64,000 nucleotides of DNA from Bugula neritina (GCA_964035545.1 OZ037772.1:8425150-8489149), one strand, 5' to 3'. Positions 25,225-38,030 are shown, counted from the stretch's first letter. Notes: a model not told the origin generated them from the letters alone. Translations and numbers: made by a program.

Positions 25225-26780
25225 TGTACTCTTTTATAATCCTAGTTAGTGCAAATCAGCTCTCTGAACCTTCCTGTTACCTTCCTTATGAAAAAATATT
25301 CACGTAGAAAAATTAGCTTACACTTGGTTTCAAATTATTTCAACTTGTCCTTGACAGATAAATTAGGAAGAAAACTCCTTTATATTATTTTCATGAACAT
25401 GCACATTACATACATATGTTATAGACAGTATGTCTGACAAATGGTTAGGGTGTTTAGATATCTGTATACTTAGATCTAAGATGAATATTATAATAATTGT
25501 AAGTTATGTTAATACAAGAAAATTATAAATTAAACTCAGACATGATTACATAATCAATATCTATAACTTTATTTGTGTGGAAATTGACAATTTGTCTTAG
25601 TTTTCTTACAACTAATTTTAGAAGATCTTATACTTAGTAAATATGTTTTATCTCAACTGTTTTTAGTTAATCATAGTTTTATGCCATAGTTGTTTAGGAA
25701 TCATTTTGATGTTTAATGTTAGTAAGATTTTAGATTTTTTGAGTTATAGTCAACCAAAAATCTTTATCTTGTTCAATTTAAATGTTTGTTTTAATTTGTA
25801 ACTAATGTGTTTACACACAAGAGTCTCAGTTCTGCTTTTTGTTCTACTGTGACATTAGTTTTTGTGAAATATAAATTAAACCATATAATTACTAGCTCGA
25901 TCAAGATGAAATACTATTCCAAATTTACTTCACTGCAGCAGATATATCTAAGTTGACAATTTGTCTTAGATTTTGTACTTTACCTATATTTTTAATAGAT
26001 CTTATTCATAATTAAATATGTTATATCTTAGATTTCTTTGGTTTATTAAAGTTTTACGTCATAGCAATTAGGGATAGTTTTAATAGTTTTATATTCGTGT
26101 ATAGGGTTATGGTACTTTTGAGTTGTAAAACAAAACTTTTGATCTTGTTCAATTCAAATTTTTGTTTTATTTTACAGCAAATGTGCTCACACAGTTGATT
26201 CTAAACATTTTCCTTATTCTGTCTTACTACTGCAACAATATGTTTTGTGAAATATATTTAAATGAACATTATAATAATTACTCTCAAGTTAAAATACTCT
26301 TCCAACTTTGCTTTATTGAAATAGACTTATAGTTAAATACTTGTTCTAAAGTTTAGTTCCTTGACAAAGTTATAGTTTACTACACAATGTAGACTCAGAA
26401 CTAGGGCATACAAGTTTGTGGACAGATGAAATAATTATTTAAATCAGTATACCAGTTTTATCTCAATAAATTTACTCGGTATTATACTTTGAAGCAACTG
26501 ATTATATTTTTTCTCAAGCCAAATTTTTCTTATGAGGTTTTTTTTACACAAGCAAACAGAACATATAGCACTATTATTTGGTGGTGAAGGATGTAGTTCT
26601 AACACATTAAGCTCCTTTAGCTTTTTTACCATAAAATAGCCTATATAGCTCTGTAAGAATTAACTAGAGGTAAATAGCCATGATTATTACGCTGTTAGAT
26701 TAACCTGATATAATGAATATCTAATAAGAACAAGTTACTTTCAGTTCCATTGCCTCTCGGTTATATTCAATTTATCTGCC

Positions 26781-29629
26781 ATGTCTCTGACTCCACCATG
26801 TAAGTATAATATACTATGAAAACTACTAATTGTTTGGTTTGCCATTATTTTGTGGTGGCTTTATTTATGCATCAATTGTAAAACACTTTCCCTCAACAGA
26901 ATTTGAACGACAGACCTCCAGTTTGTAAGCAGGCCTGCTAGCCAGTTACACCACAGGGGCCACTAGGTCAACTAATCACTATGATATTTATTAATAAGAT
27001 AATGAATAAAAATAATCTGTATAACTTAGGTGTAAACATTTTGTGTAGCAAATCAACTCGTGGGTATTTTGCTCCCATTAAGCTTATTGGGCATTATTGA
27101 CGGAATGTGTGTATGTTGGTGTGAGTGAGTGAGTGAGTGAGTGAGTGAGTGAGTGGGTGAGTGAGTGAGTGAGTGAGTGAGTGAGTGAGTGAGTGAGTGA
27201 GTGAGTGAGTGATTGAGTGGGTGAGTGAGTGAGTGAGTGAGTGAGTAAAGGAAATAGTGGGTGAGTGAGTGAATGGGTGAGTGAGTGAGTGAGTATGTGG
27301 GTGAGTGAGTGAGTGAAGGAAGGAGTGGATGAGTAAAGGAAGGAGTGAGAAAGTGAACTTTGAGTAAATATATCAATGTAAACTGGTCAAGGCTTTTTTT
27401 ACTTTGCAGATGTAGAACCACATGCACTATCTCAAACACCAAACAACCGAATGCAAGAACCTCTTCAGATATCTAAAAAGGATGTTGAGTGGACAGTTCC
27501 TGCTCTCTGTAAGACTTTTATTCAATGTAATAACTTTACCCTAAACTCAGTTCCTCTGACTTCCACAGTTGTTACAAATACTCAAGACTATGCAAACATA
27601 GAAACTTCAGTGTGTAATAGCTGCTTACCACAAGAACCTGATGTTCCTTTATCTGAAGTTATTTCTGAGGCTTTTGGAGTTTTATCTGAAGACTATTTAT
27701 CTGAAGATCCTGACCTTTACAGACAGGATCCATATTGTAGAGATAAGTATGGTGCTGAGTCGGATCCTTTTCTAACCAATAACAGTTCTGCGAGACATTT
27801 AGTGATTTTAGACTCTCAAAGTTTTAATACCAATGCAGGCAATCAAACTTTCCTTAATATGCTAACAGCAGTACCCAACACTTACATAGGAGAAGGTGTA
27901 GAAAATGAAGTTTTAGATACTTTTAGCTACCACCAACAATTAGAACTTCTCAGGAAACAAAGTTCAGTCCATGACAACTATCTACCAGAAGAAACTGATG
28001 TCCCTTCGTCTGAATTTATCTCTGAGGCTTTCACAGTTTTAGGACAGAATACTACAACAGAAGTCATCGCAACTGGTGAGTATGAATAGCCTATTATATA
28101 GATAGATAAAAATAAAATCACCAAAGCGTTTCCTCTAAATGCAATTGCTAATTAAATTGAATTATATTAAAGAAATATATTAAAGAAAAACAAAGATTGT
28201 ATATATTATACCAATAATTAGATTATAGCTTTACTTATTTACATTTCAGTTCCCACAGTTGATGCAACCAACCAAAACTCTTTTTTTAGTATGTCAAAAT
28301 CTTACACAGTCTTAAACCTGGCAAGATTTTTTACCTTATTTAATAATCTTCATAAACTTATCACAATTCCTAAACTGGTCATCTCTGTAAAAAAAACCCT
28401 GGTAGTACGATTTTTAAGCAGCTAGGCTGAGGACTTATTTCTTAAAGCACATTTTGTACAAGATTCAATGATCTCTACAAGCTCTGACTACTTTGAAATT
28501 TCTATCTCCATGAGAAGTTCTGATAGTAAAGTTTTTAGACAAACTTATCACCTGTTTGTAGTCTAGACACAGGAGAAATGATGGCTAGATGTACTTCTTG
28601 ACATCACTAACAGCTTTTACCAATGGTCAAACCCATGACCTTGTTTTAACTAATGTATACTGGTTTTAACCACAAGTGCACTAATTGTTTCTGGAGTTAA
28701 TTAATTTAATAAATCTTTCAATTGATTTAATTAGGCATGGTTTCTTAATTAGTGACATGCACATGGGTAACTGATTGAAATGCTTGCATGTTTTTCAAAA
28801 AAAAGTATTAGAATGTAATAAGAAACTTAAATAATTTATTAATGAATTTTGAATGTCAACATAATATCATTAGTACTGCTGTTTTACAGGTGAAATACCA
28901 GCGCATTTAAACAAAGGAGACACTTCTGAGAAGCTACCAGATCTAGTGTACAAAGAAGCACATGAATTTAAGTGGAGAGACAGTTCTAGAGAAATAAACA
29001 GAGATATACAAACTCAGGTTGTTCAAAAAGTGAATAACACTACCAACAAATATATAGATGCCATTGGTCAGAAAGAAAAAGTGATTAAAACGAAGACAAC
29101 TTTACATAATATTTGTGAGAATGAGTCAACACAAGAAGCTGGTCTTGAGAAGAACAAAGAGCAGCAGAGCAAAAAGAAACGTTTTCAATGTTCTCAGTGT
29201 AGCTACAAGGCAAGATACAAGTGTTTTCTCAACAGGCACATGAGAATACATACTGGAGAGAAGCCATTTATATGTGAAATATGTGGGTCTGCTTTTACCT
29301 GGAAAGATGCTCTTATTAAACATATAAGAACACACACCAGAGAAAAGCCATTTCCATGTCATATTTGTACAAGTGCATTTAGTCAAAGATTTACCCTGCA
29401 ACAACATCTCAAGACACATACTGGAGAGAAACCATTTTCATGTCATATTTGTAAAAATGCATTTAGTCTAAAATTTACGCTACAACAACATATGAAGACA
29501 CACACTGGAGAGAAACCATTTTCATGCAATGTCTGTAAGAAATCATTCACTCAAAAATGTGGTCTTCGTGTACATATGAGAACTCACACAGAAGAGAAGC
29601 CATTCTCATGCGATGTGTGTAAGAAATAA
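26781..29629 (+). CDS. C2H2 ZNF copy C, 5 complete fingers, 6th truncated by a premature TAA
   Basis: Exons 26781-26799, 27410-28075, 28250-28288, 28890-29629; near-identical to B outside the finger array. A TCA>TAA change stops the last finger; its remainder still reads to TAA at ~29686. Confidence 0.75.
27120..27350 (+). repeat. (GTGA)n microsatellite in intron 1 of ZNF C
   Basis: Direct. Confidence 0.95.
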
Positions 29630-30347
29630 TTCAATCAAAAAACAAGTCTTCTAAATCACACTAAAATGCATACTAGAAATTATTAATATGTTCTTCTATA
29701 ATCCTAGTTAGTGCAAATCAGCTGTCTGAACCTTCCTGTTACCTTCCTTATGAAAAAATATTCACGTAGAAAAATTAGCTTACACTTGGTTTCAAATTAT
29801 TTTAACTTGTACTTGACAGATAAATTAGGAAGAAAACTCCTTTATATTATTTTCATGAACATGCACATTACATACATATGTTAAAGACAGTATGTCTGAC
29901 AAATGGTTAGGGTGTTTAGATATCTGTATACTTAGATCTAAGATGAATATTATAATAATTGTAAGTTATGTTAATACAAGAAAATTATAAATTAAACTCA
30001 GACATGATTACATAATCAATATCTATAACTTTATTTGTGTGGAAATTGACAATTTGTCTTAGTTTTCTTACAACTAATTTTAGAAGATCTTATACTTAGT
30101 AAATATGTTTTATCTCAACTGTTTTTAGTTAATCATAGTTTTATGCCATAGTTGTTTAGGAATCATTTTGATGTTTAATGTTAGTAAGATTTTAGATTTT
30201 TTGAGTTATAGTTAACCAAAAATCTTTATCTTGTTCAATTTAAATGTTTGTTTTAATTTGTAACTAATGTGTTTACACACGGGAGTCTCAGTTCTGCTTT
30301 TTGTTCTACTGCGACATTAGTTTTTGTGAAATATAAATTAAATAAAA

Positions 30348-31129
30348 TAGAAATAAACAAAGATATACAAACTCACACTGATCAAAAAGTGAATAACACT
30401 ACCAACAAATCTATAGATACCATTGGTCAGAAAGGAAAAGTGATTAAATCGAAGACAACTTTACATAATATTTGTGAGAATGAGTTAACACAAGAAGCTG
30501 GTCTTGAGAAGAACAAAGAGCAGCAGAGCAAAAAGAAACGTTTTCAATGTTCTCAGTGTAGCTACAAGGCAAGATACAAGTGTTATTTCAACAGACACAT
30601 GAGAATACATACTGGAGAGAAGCCATTTATATGTGAAATATGCGGGTCTGCTTTCACCTGGAAAGATGCTCTTATTAAACATATAAGAACACACACCAGA
30701 GAAAAGCCATTTCCATGTCATATTTGTACAAGTGCATTTAGTCAAAGATTTACCCTGCAACAACATCTCAGGACACATACTAAAGAGAAACCATTTTCAT
30801 GTCATATTTGTAAAAATGCATTTCGTACCAGATGCAACCTACAGCGACATTTGAAGACACATACCGGAGAGAGACTATTTTCATGTCATATTTGTAAAAA
30901 TGCATTTAGTCTAAAATTTACCCTACAACAACATATGAAGACACACACTGGAGAGAAACCATTTTCATGCAATGTCTGTAAGAAATCATTCACTCAAAAA
31001 TGTGGTCTTCGTGTACATATGAGAACTCACACTGGAGAGAAGCCATTCTCATGCGATGTGTGTAATAAATCATTTACTCAAAAACCAAGTCTTCTAAATC
31101 ACACTAAAATGCATACTAGAAATTATTAA
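30348..31129 (+). pseudogene. ZNF copy D: orphan finger exon (7 intact fingers) lacking exons 1-3 and the normal acceptor
   Basis: The 3' flank of C runs directly into mid-exon sequence 'agaaataaacaaagatatacaaactcacactgatc' at ~30348. The ORF start at 30269 lies in non-coding flank. Confidence 0.7.
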
Positions 31130-32292
31130 TATGTTCTTCTATAATTTTAGTGAGTGCAAATCAGCTGTCTGAAACTTTCTGTTAACTTTCCTTGTGAAAA
31201 AAAGAAGTAGCTATTCACGTAGAAAAATAAGCTTACACTTGGTTTTAAATTATTTTAAATTATAATTGGCAGATAAAATAGGAAGAAAACGATTTCATAT
31301 TTTCATGAACATGTGCATTACATACATATGTTATAGACAGTATGTCTGATGATTAGTTAGTTAGGGGGTTTAGATATCTGCCTTTTTAAATCCAATATGA
31401 ATATTATAATAATTGTAAGTTATGTTAATACAAGAAAAGTAGAAAATGAACTTAGACATGCTCATATAATCAATATCTATAATTGTATTAGTATATCTAA
31501 GTTGACAATTTTTCTTAGTTTTCTTATATACTATTTTCAGAAGATCTTATAATAATAAAATATTTCTTGTCTGAGCTTTTTTTAGTCAATCAAAGTTTTA
31601 TGCCATAGTACTTATAAGAATAATTTTGATGTTTTATGTTAGTAAGATTATAGACTGTTTGAATTGTAAACCAAAAGTCTTTTTCTTGGTCAATTTAAAT
31701 CGTTGTTATATTTCACAGCCAATGTGTTTGCACAGTTTTGTTTTACTGCAACATTAGTTTTTGTGAAATATAAATTAAAGCATATAATTACTCTCAAGTT
31801 GAAATATTATATTCCAATTTTACTTTATTGAAATAAATTTACAGTTGGATAATTGTTTTAAAGTCTAGTGCCCTAACAAAGTTATAGTATACTATACAAT
31901 GTAGCCGTAGAACTAAGGCATACAAGGTTGTAGCTAGATGAAATAATCATTTGAATCAGCATATCAGTTTTATCTCGATAAGTTTATTGGTATACTTTAA
32001 AACTACTGATTATATTTTTGTCATGCCAAATTAAATTTCCCTCATAAGTTTGTCTTTACACAAGCAAACAGAGCATATAGCAATATTATTTGATTGCCAA
32101 AGATGCAGTTCTAACACATGGTTCCATTAGAGCTTTATTCACATACAATAGCCTACATAGTTCTGTAAGAATTAACTAGAGGTAAATAGCCATGATCATT
32201 CCGCTGTTAGATTACCCTGATGGCGAATATCTATTCAGAACAAGTTACTTACCTTCCATTGCCTCTCAGTTATATTCAGTTCATCTGCCATG

Positions 32293-32683
32293 TGTGGTAA
32301 ATTTATGTTGTGTGTGTGTGTCCTTTGTTGCCGAGATCGGTACTTCGGTCCTCCAAAACACCGATATGCCGATTCTCGGCATATCGGAATACCGAAGTAC
32401 CGAAATGCCGGATTCGGCATTTCGGATTCCCGAAGTGCCGATATTCGGTATTTCGGGCCTCCGATCTCGGCAAACAAAAGAATGTCTTTGTCCTGCATGT
32501 ATATAAAAGCCAGCGAGTTCCAGTATAGTTTAGTCTACTACTGGAGCTCGCTGGATAAAGACCATTGATTCACTCGGACTATACTACAATAAAGCTATCT
32601 ACTTTCTACCTTATTTCTCGCCTTGTTTCTCATAACAAGCATGTAAAGCACTAGTTTCATTCACAACCCACAAAACTATCACA
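32293..32683 (+). repeat. 5' LTR (TGTGGTA...TATCACA), 391 bp
   Basis: TG...CA ends with an imperfect 7-bp inverted repeat; TATA box 32500-32508; AATAAA 32588-32593; three substitutions versus the 3' LTR by eye. Confidence 0.95.
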
Positions 32684-32684
32684 T

Positions 32685-32702
32685 TGGTGGCAGCAGTGGG
32701 AT
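32685..32702 (+). promoter_or_regulatory. primer binding site, tRNA-Leu-type
   Basis: TGGTGGCAGCAGTGGGAT begins 1 nt after the LTR and is complementary to a tRNA 3' end ATCCCAC(T/C)GCTGCCA-CCA, typical of eukaryotic tRNA-Leu. Confidence 0.85.
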
Positions 32703-32734
32703 TCTACGAATAGCTAGTTGCTGAGAGGAATAGG

Positions 32735-33635
32735 ATGGCCCCAGGGGAGTCAGCCCCTGAGGCAACAGCAGCACCAGCCCTCACTGTTGAGGCGCTGGTA
32801 ACAGCCCTCCAAGGATTGCGGGGGCAAGGACAGGCATCACCTGGTAACAGGTATCGCCTCCAGCCCCCGACTTTCGGAGGAGATGGAGACGTGGAACAGT
32901 TCATCAAGGAGTTCGAGGACGTGGCCACCACCGCTGAATGGCCAGTACGGGTGCGCGTCCTCCAACTCCAGGGCCTGTCTAACAGGCCGGGCCAGGAACT
33001 TCGCACTGGGACCCGACGAAGCCCACATCATGCGGGCTCTTAGGGCCCGGTTCGGCCTGACCACGGAAGAGGCGTCAGACCAGCTACAAGTGATGAGGAG
33101 AGACCGAAGGACACCTCTGGAAGATCACGCTAACGAGGTAGAGCGCCTGGCTCAGGCTGCTTTCGGTCACGCCACTGGCGAAGATCGGAAGCGCCTCGTT
33201 TTTAACGCGTTCTTCCGGAGCGTGAACCACCCGGACCTCCAGCGGTACTGGCTGGCCACGAAGGTCAAGAGCCTGGACGAGGCACTAGAGATGGGGAAGG
33301 CCTACTTCCAAGTAGAAGAACCACGGAGGGCGAACTACGCAGCTCGCCAGGTGGCCGGAGATACAGAAGAGGTACCCCCAACCCCACAAGTGGCAGCAGC
33401 AGCTACTCCGTCGCCCGAGCAGACGCAGCTCAACATGCTGATGGGCATGATGAAAGGCCTGCAGGCTACGGTGGCGGAGTTGCAGCGCAACCAGACGGAC
33501 AGGCGGGCTCCCCGCTCGCGGGACGACCCTGTCCGCCCCCCTCTGCCCACTTGTTGGGAGTGCGGGATGCCAGGACATGTGAGAAGGCACTGCCCTAAGG
33601 GACAGAAGTCTTTAAACACCCGAGGCTCACGGTGA
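32735..33635 (+). CDS. gag: Gag (1-nt frameshift near 32968), C-terminal CCHC knuckle
   Basis: PPTFGG...EQFIKEFE...W capsid-like N-terminus in ORF 32735; ORF 32883 carries CWECGMPGHVRRHC. Confidence 0.88.
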
Positions 33636-33655
33636 ATTCCGCCACCCGTGGGCCC
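33611..33655 (+). promoter_or_regulatory. programmed -1 ribosomal frameshift signal (T TTA AAC plus downstream hairpin)
   Basis: The heptamer at 33611-33617 is in gag phase (TCT TTA AAC); the -1 frame is open into the protease ORF at 33632. Stem gctcacggtg...cacccgtgggc starts ~8 nt downstream. Confidence 0.85.
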
Positions 33656-36600
33656 CACGCCAATCCGGTCCGGGATAGGACTCGGAAAACAACAGAAGAA
33701 ACCTCTCCAGAGTCGACCTACATCGAGTGGCACGCAAACCGGAGATCTCGGAGACCGAAAGGCCTACCCGATCCTCCTGCCCTGCCACTCGATACCCGGA
33801 TGCAGCTAGAAGAAACCGGATGGCAGGCACCTCGGAGATCTCGGAGACCGCAAGGTCTACCCGATCCTCCAGCCTGGCCACTCCGTAACCGGTTCGCGGG
33901 GTTGCCCGAGGAGGTTGTGGAGGAAGATTCAGCTTACTCGCAAGAGTACCCCAAGCTACCCTCCCGACCTCAGAAAACCCCCGTTGTCTCTAAGACGAAG
34001 AGGAGGCCCGCTGTGCGGACCCAAGTTGTGTCTCCCCCAAGGACTGACCACTCCAGGAGCACCCAGCCATATGGAAGCAGCTACTTCCTGCCCGGAAAGA
34101 TTGCGGGTAAAGCTGCCACATTCCTACTGGATACTGGGTGCACTACCAACCTGCTGAGTAGGCGTATCTTTGACACTCTTGGTGCACGAGAGCGGGCGAG
34201 CCTCGAGCCGTATGAAGGTGCGCATGGTACGTTGGCGGACGGATCATGCATTCCTTTCTACGGCGTCATTTCACTACCTGGACGCGTCCGTGATCAAGCA
34301 ATTCACGAGACGTTCATAGTCAGCCAGCTGAAAGAGGACGCCATCTTGGGAATGCACTTCCTGGAGAAACACCAGTGTCACATGGATTTCCAGAAGTCAG
34401 TGGTGATGATGGCTGGGAAGGAACTTGTCTGTGTTGACAAGTTTGGCAGGCCCTTGGTGGGCGGAGTCCAGGTAGTGCGGGACTGCACAGTTCGGGGAGG
34501 TCCCAGGCGACTCTTCGATGCAGAGTCAACTGCAAGGGGATCGCCGGCCTGGGGATGGTTGAAGGAACGCACGGAGCCATCCGACTAGCAAACAGCCTGA
34601 ATTGGCTAGATTGTCGGCAAGAGCTCCTCGTGCAGTGCATCAACCCCTTCACGGAACCTGTCCGATTATCGGCCGGAGCGCTGGTGGGGAAGTACCACTC
34701 CATCCAGGAAGCGGATGTGGGTCCGGCACTGGAGACAGTGGCTGACACCCAGGGGAACCCCCCTCACACCAGACGAGGAGCAGTCCCGGAGCACCTGGCT
34801 GACCTGTATGGCGGAGCATGCGGGAACTGTACGAGTAGTACTGAACGCCAAGTACTGGCTCAACTATTCGCGGAGTACAGTGATGTCTTCAGTCGTGGCG
34901 ATGGAGACATGGGGCTGACTAAGGTTATCTCCGACGAGATACCCCTGGCAGCCGGCACCACTCCCATCAGGCAGCCTACCCGACGTCTAGGCCTGGAGAA
35001 GGAGAAGGAGGTGAGCCGACAGGTACAGGATCTTCTGGACCGGGATCTGATTGAGCCTGCCCACGGTGCGTGGAGCTCCCCAGTGGTTCTGATCAAGAAG
35101 AAGGATGGTAGCTGGAGATTCTGTGTGGACTACCGCAGACTCAACAGCGTTACCATCCAGGACGCCTACCCTCTCCCACGGATAGATGAGTCTCTAGATG
35201 CCCTCGCGGGTAGCAAGTACTTCAGTACTTTGGATCTGCTTAGCGGGTACTGGCAAGTGCCCCTCAGTCCTGATGCCCAGGACAAAGCAGCATTCATTAC
35301 TCGCGGCGGGCTCTGGAAATGGAAAGTACTGCCATTCGGACTAACGTCCGCTCCGGCAACATTCCAACGACTCATGGAGCAAGTCCTCAGTGGGTTACAC
35401 TGGAAGACCCTCCTCATCTATCTGGACGATTTCATTGTCATCTCCCCAGACTTCTCGACTCATGTCAGTCGTCTGCGGGAGGTCTTTGACCGCCTCCGGG
35501 CTGCTGGACTAAAGCTGAAGCCCTCCAAGTGTGCACTCCTGCAGCCAGAAGTCACGTACCTGGGCCATGTGGTTGGCCGTGATGGGGTCGCTACCGATCC
35601 AGAGAAGGTACAAGCTGTGAAGGAGTGGACTGTCCCCCGTGACCTCCCTGAGTTGCGTGCCTTCCTGGGCCTAGTAGGGTACTACCGGCAGTACATACCT
35701 GGGTTCGCAGGAGTGGCTCAGCCATTAAATTGGCTGACCGCAAAGGGAGTCCGGTGGCAGTGGACACAGGAGGAGCAGCAGGCATTCAACCACCTCAAGC
35801 AACGGCTAATGGAAGCGCCAATCCTGGCGTATCCTGATCCAGCCAAGGAGTACATCCTGGACACTGACGCCAGTGACCACAGCGTGGGAGCCGTCTTGTC
35901 TCAAGTCCAGGGTGGAAGTGAGGTGGTCGTGGCTTACTACAGCAAGACTCTCGCGGCCGCCGAGAAGAACTACTGCACCACTAGGAAGGAACTCCTAGCA
36001 GTAGTCAAGGCGGTCAAGCACTTTCGGCCATATCTGTATGGGAAATCGTTCCGTCTGCGAACAGATCATGCATCACTGATATGGCTGTGTAAACGTGCAG
36101 AGCCCTCGAGCCAGGTGGCTCGTTGGCTAGAGATTCTTGCCGAGTTCTCTTACCGGATAAAGCACCGTGCAGGCCGGAAGCATGGGAACGCCGACGGCAT
36201 GAGCCGCCGGCCGGTAGAGGACTGTAAGCAATGCCTGCACATTGAACAGCGGGACGGGGGACCCGCTCGCCTTGACGTGAAAGCAGAACTAGTGGAGGGC
36301 ACCACCTACTAGTGGGAGCACGGCCATCTTCGGACCGAAACCCACCAGGACGGTGTCCAGGCGCTCCACGCCAACCCTACTCTGCACCAGAATGTCAAGG
36401 AGCTGTGCCGACTCCAGGAGACGCTACCCGGCGCGGTAGCGGACATCTTCCGGGCCAAGAAGGAGGGCCGACGGCCTAGCGAGGAACAGCAGCGGCAGGG
36501 AGACGTTGAGTTCCAACTCCTCTGTCGTCGCTGGGATGCCCTCAAGGTCAGTCCTGATGGCCTCCTGATGATAACGTTAGCAGCAGACAACCGCCAGCAG

Positions 36601-38030
36601 AAGAGGGACCGCGTCATCTGTCCACGCGCCCTCCGGCGGGAACTGATCTGGGACACCCATAAGCAGGCTCATGCTGGAGTCAGTCGGGTTATCAGGTGTC
36701 TGCGGCTGCGTTGGTATTGGCCCGGAATGACTCGGGACGTACGACTGCGGGTACGGCAATGCGAGGTCTGCCAAGCTAGCAAGCATGGCCGCCCCACGGA
36801 AACCACTGGTCGACGCCGGCTGTACGCTGGTCGACCGTGGCAAGTAGTGGCGGTAGACCTCGTCGGGCCTATGCCGTTATCCGCCAGAGGGAACACCTGG
36901 ATACTGGTGCTCACGACCACTTTACCCGGTGGGTGGATGCTCTGGCTATTCCAGACGCCACCGCCCCCACGGTGGCCCGGACCCTGGACCAACATGTGTT
37001 CTTTTACCTCGGTTTGCCCGAGCAGATACATACGGACCAGGGTGCCCAGTTCCAGTCCCAGCTCATGGGACACCTCTGCCGGATATGGGGGGTGAACCAG
37101 AGTCGGACCACCCCATATCACCCGCAAGGGAACGGAGTCGTAGAGCGGAACAACAGGATGTTGGGTGACGCGCTCCGGAGCCTGCTACTTGGTCGAGGTC
37201 AGGAAGAATGGGACGTGGTGCTGCCGCAGATCATGCGGGCTTACCGCAGCATACCACACTTCAGCACGCAGGAGACCCCAAACTTCCTGATGCTAGGCCG
37301 AGAGACGCGGGTCCCGGAACACCTGACGTACCATGTTCCTGCCCCCGAGTCACCGGTACACGAATATGTGGAGGGTCTGATGGACATCATGGGCAAAGCT
37401 CATCCGCTCGTGCAAAACTCATGCGCTGCGCACCCAGCAGTGGCAGACCCGCACAGAGGACTCGGAGGAGCCCCCGTTGTACCAAGTGGGAGACTGGGTC
37501 TGGATGGTGAGCTACCGTAGGCGACGCGGACAGTCGGCTAAGCTTCAGCCCAACTTCGTCGGCCCCTACTGCGTAGTGGAGGTGCTGCCCAACCACACGT
37601 ACCGTGTGGAGCGCTCTGGACAGATCTCTGTCCAGAGCGAGCAGCGCCTCAAACCTTACCATGCCAGCCCAGACGCGGTGGGTCAGGCTCCACCCCTCCT
37701 GGAGCCCCACCGTCAGCCCAACCGTCGAGGACGGGCCACCCAGCCCCGAGAGGTGGAGATTATGGTCCCCAGGGAGACGGACCAGGAGCAGGCCGCCTTG
37801 ATAGAGCAGCTGGAGCGGCAGCAGAGAGCGGAGCGGGAACAGGAACAGCGGCAAGCCCTTGGATCACAACCCTTCCCGGGGGAGGACACCCCCACCCCCG
37901 TACGGGGTGAAGACGGGGACCCCCCTACTAGGGCAGCCCAGGAGCCACCAACACCACCAGTGCCTGTTCCACTTGAGAGGAGCCAGCGGCCAAGAAGACC
38001 TCCCAGGTACCTGGCAGACTATGCTGTAGG
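33611..38030 (+). pseudogene. pol: Pol (aspartic protease, RT, RNase H, integrase), disrupted
   Basis: LLDTGC protease; WRFCVDYR, LPFGL and YLDD RT; DTDAS/ELLAV/TDH/NADGMS RNase H; HHCC, VDLVGP/HTDQG/VERNN and GPY integrase, ending RSQRPRRPPRYLADY. Lesions: frameshifts near 34493, 36916 and 37400-37430, and a TAG at 36310. Confidence 0.93.

Noticed and set aside
32192-32568. ORFs across the LTRs (also 39696-40176) and many antisense ORFs inside the element
   Set aside because: Expected by chance in GC-rich or palindromic sequence; no recognisable motifs.
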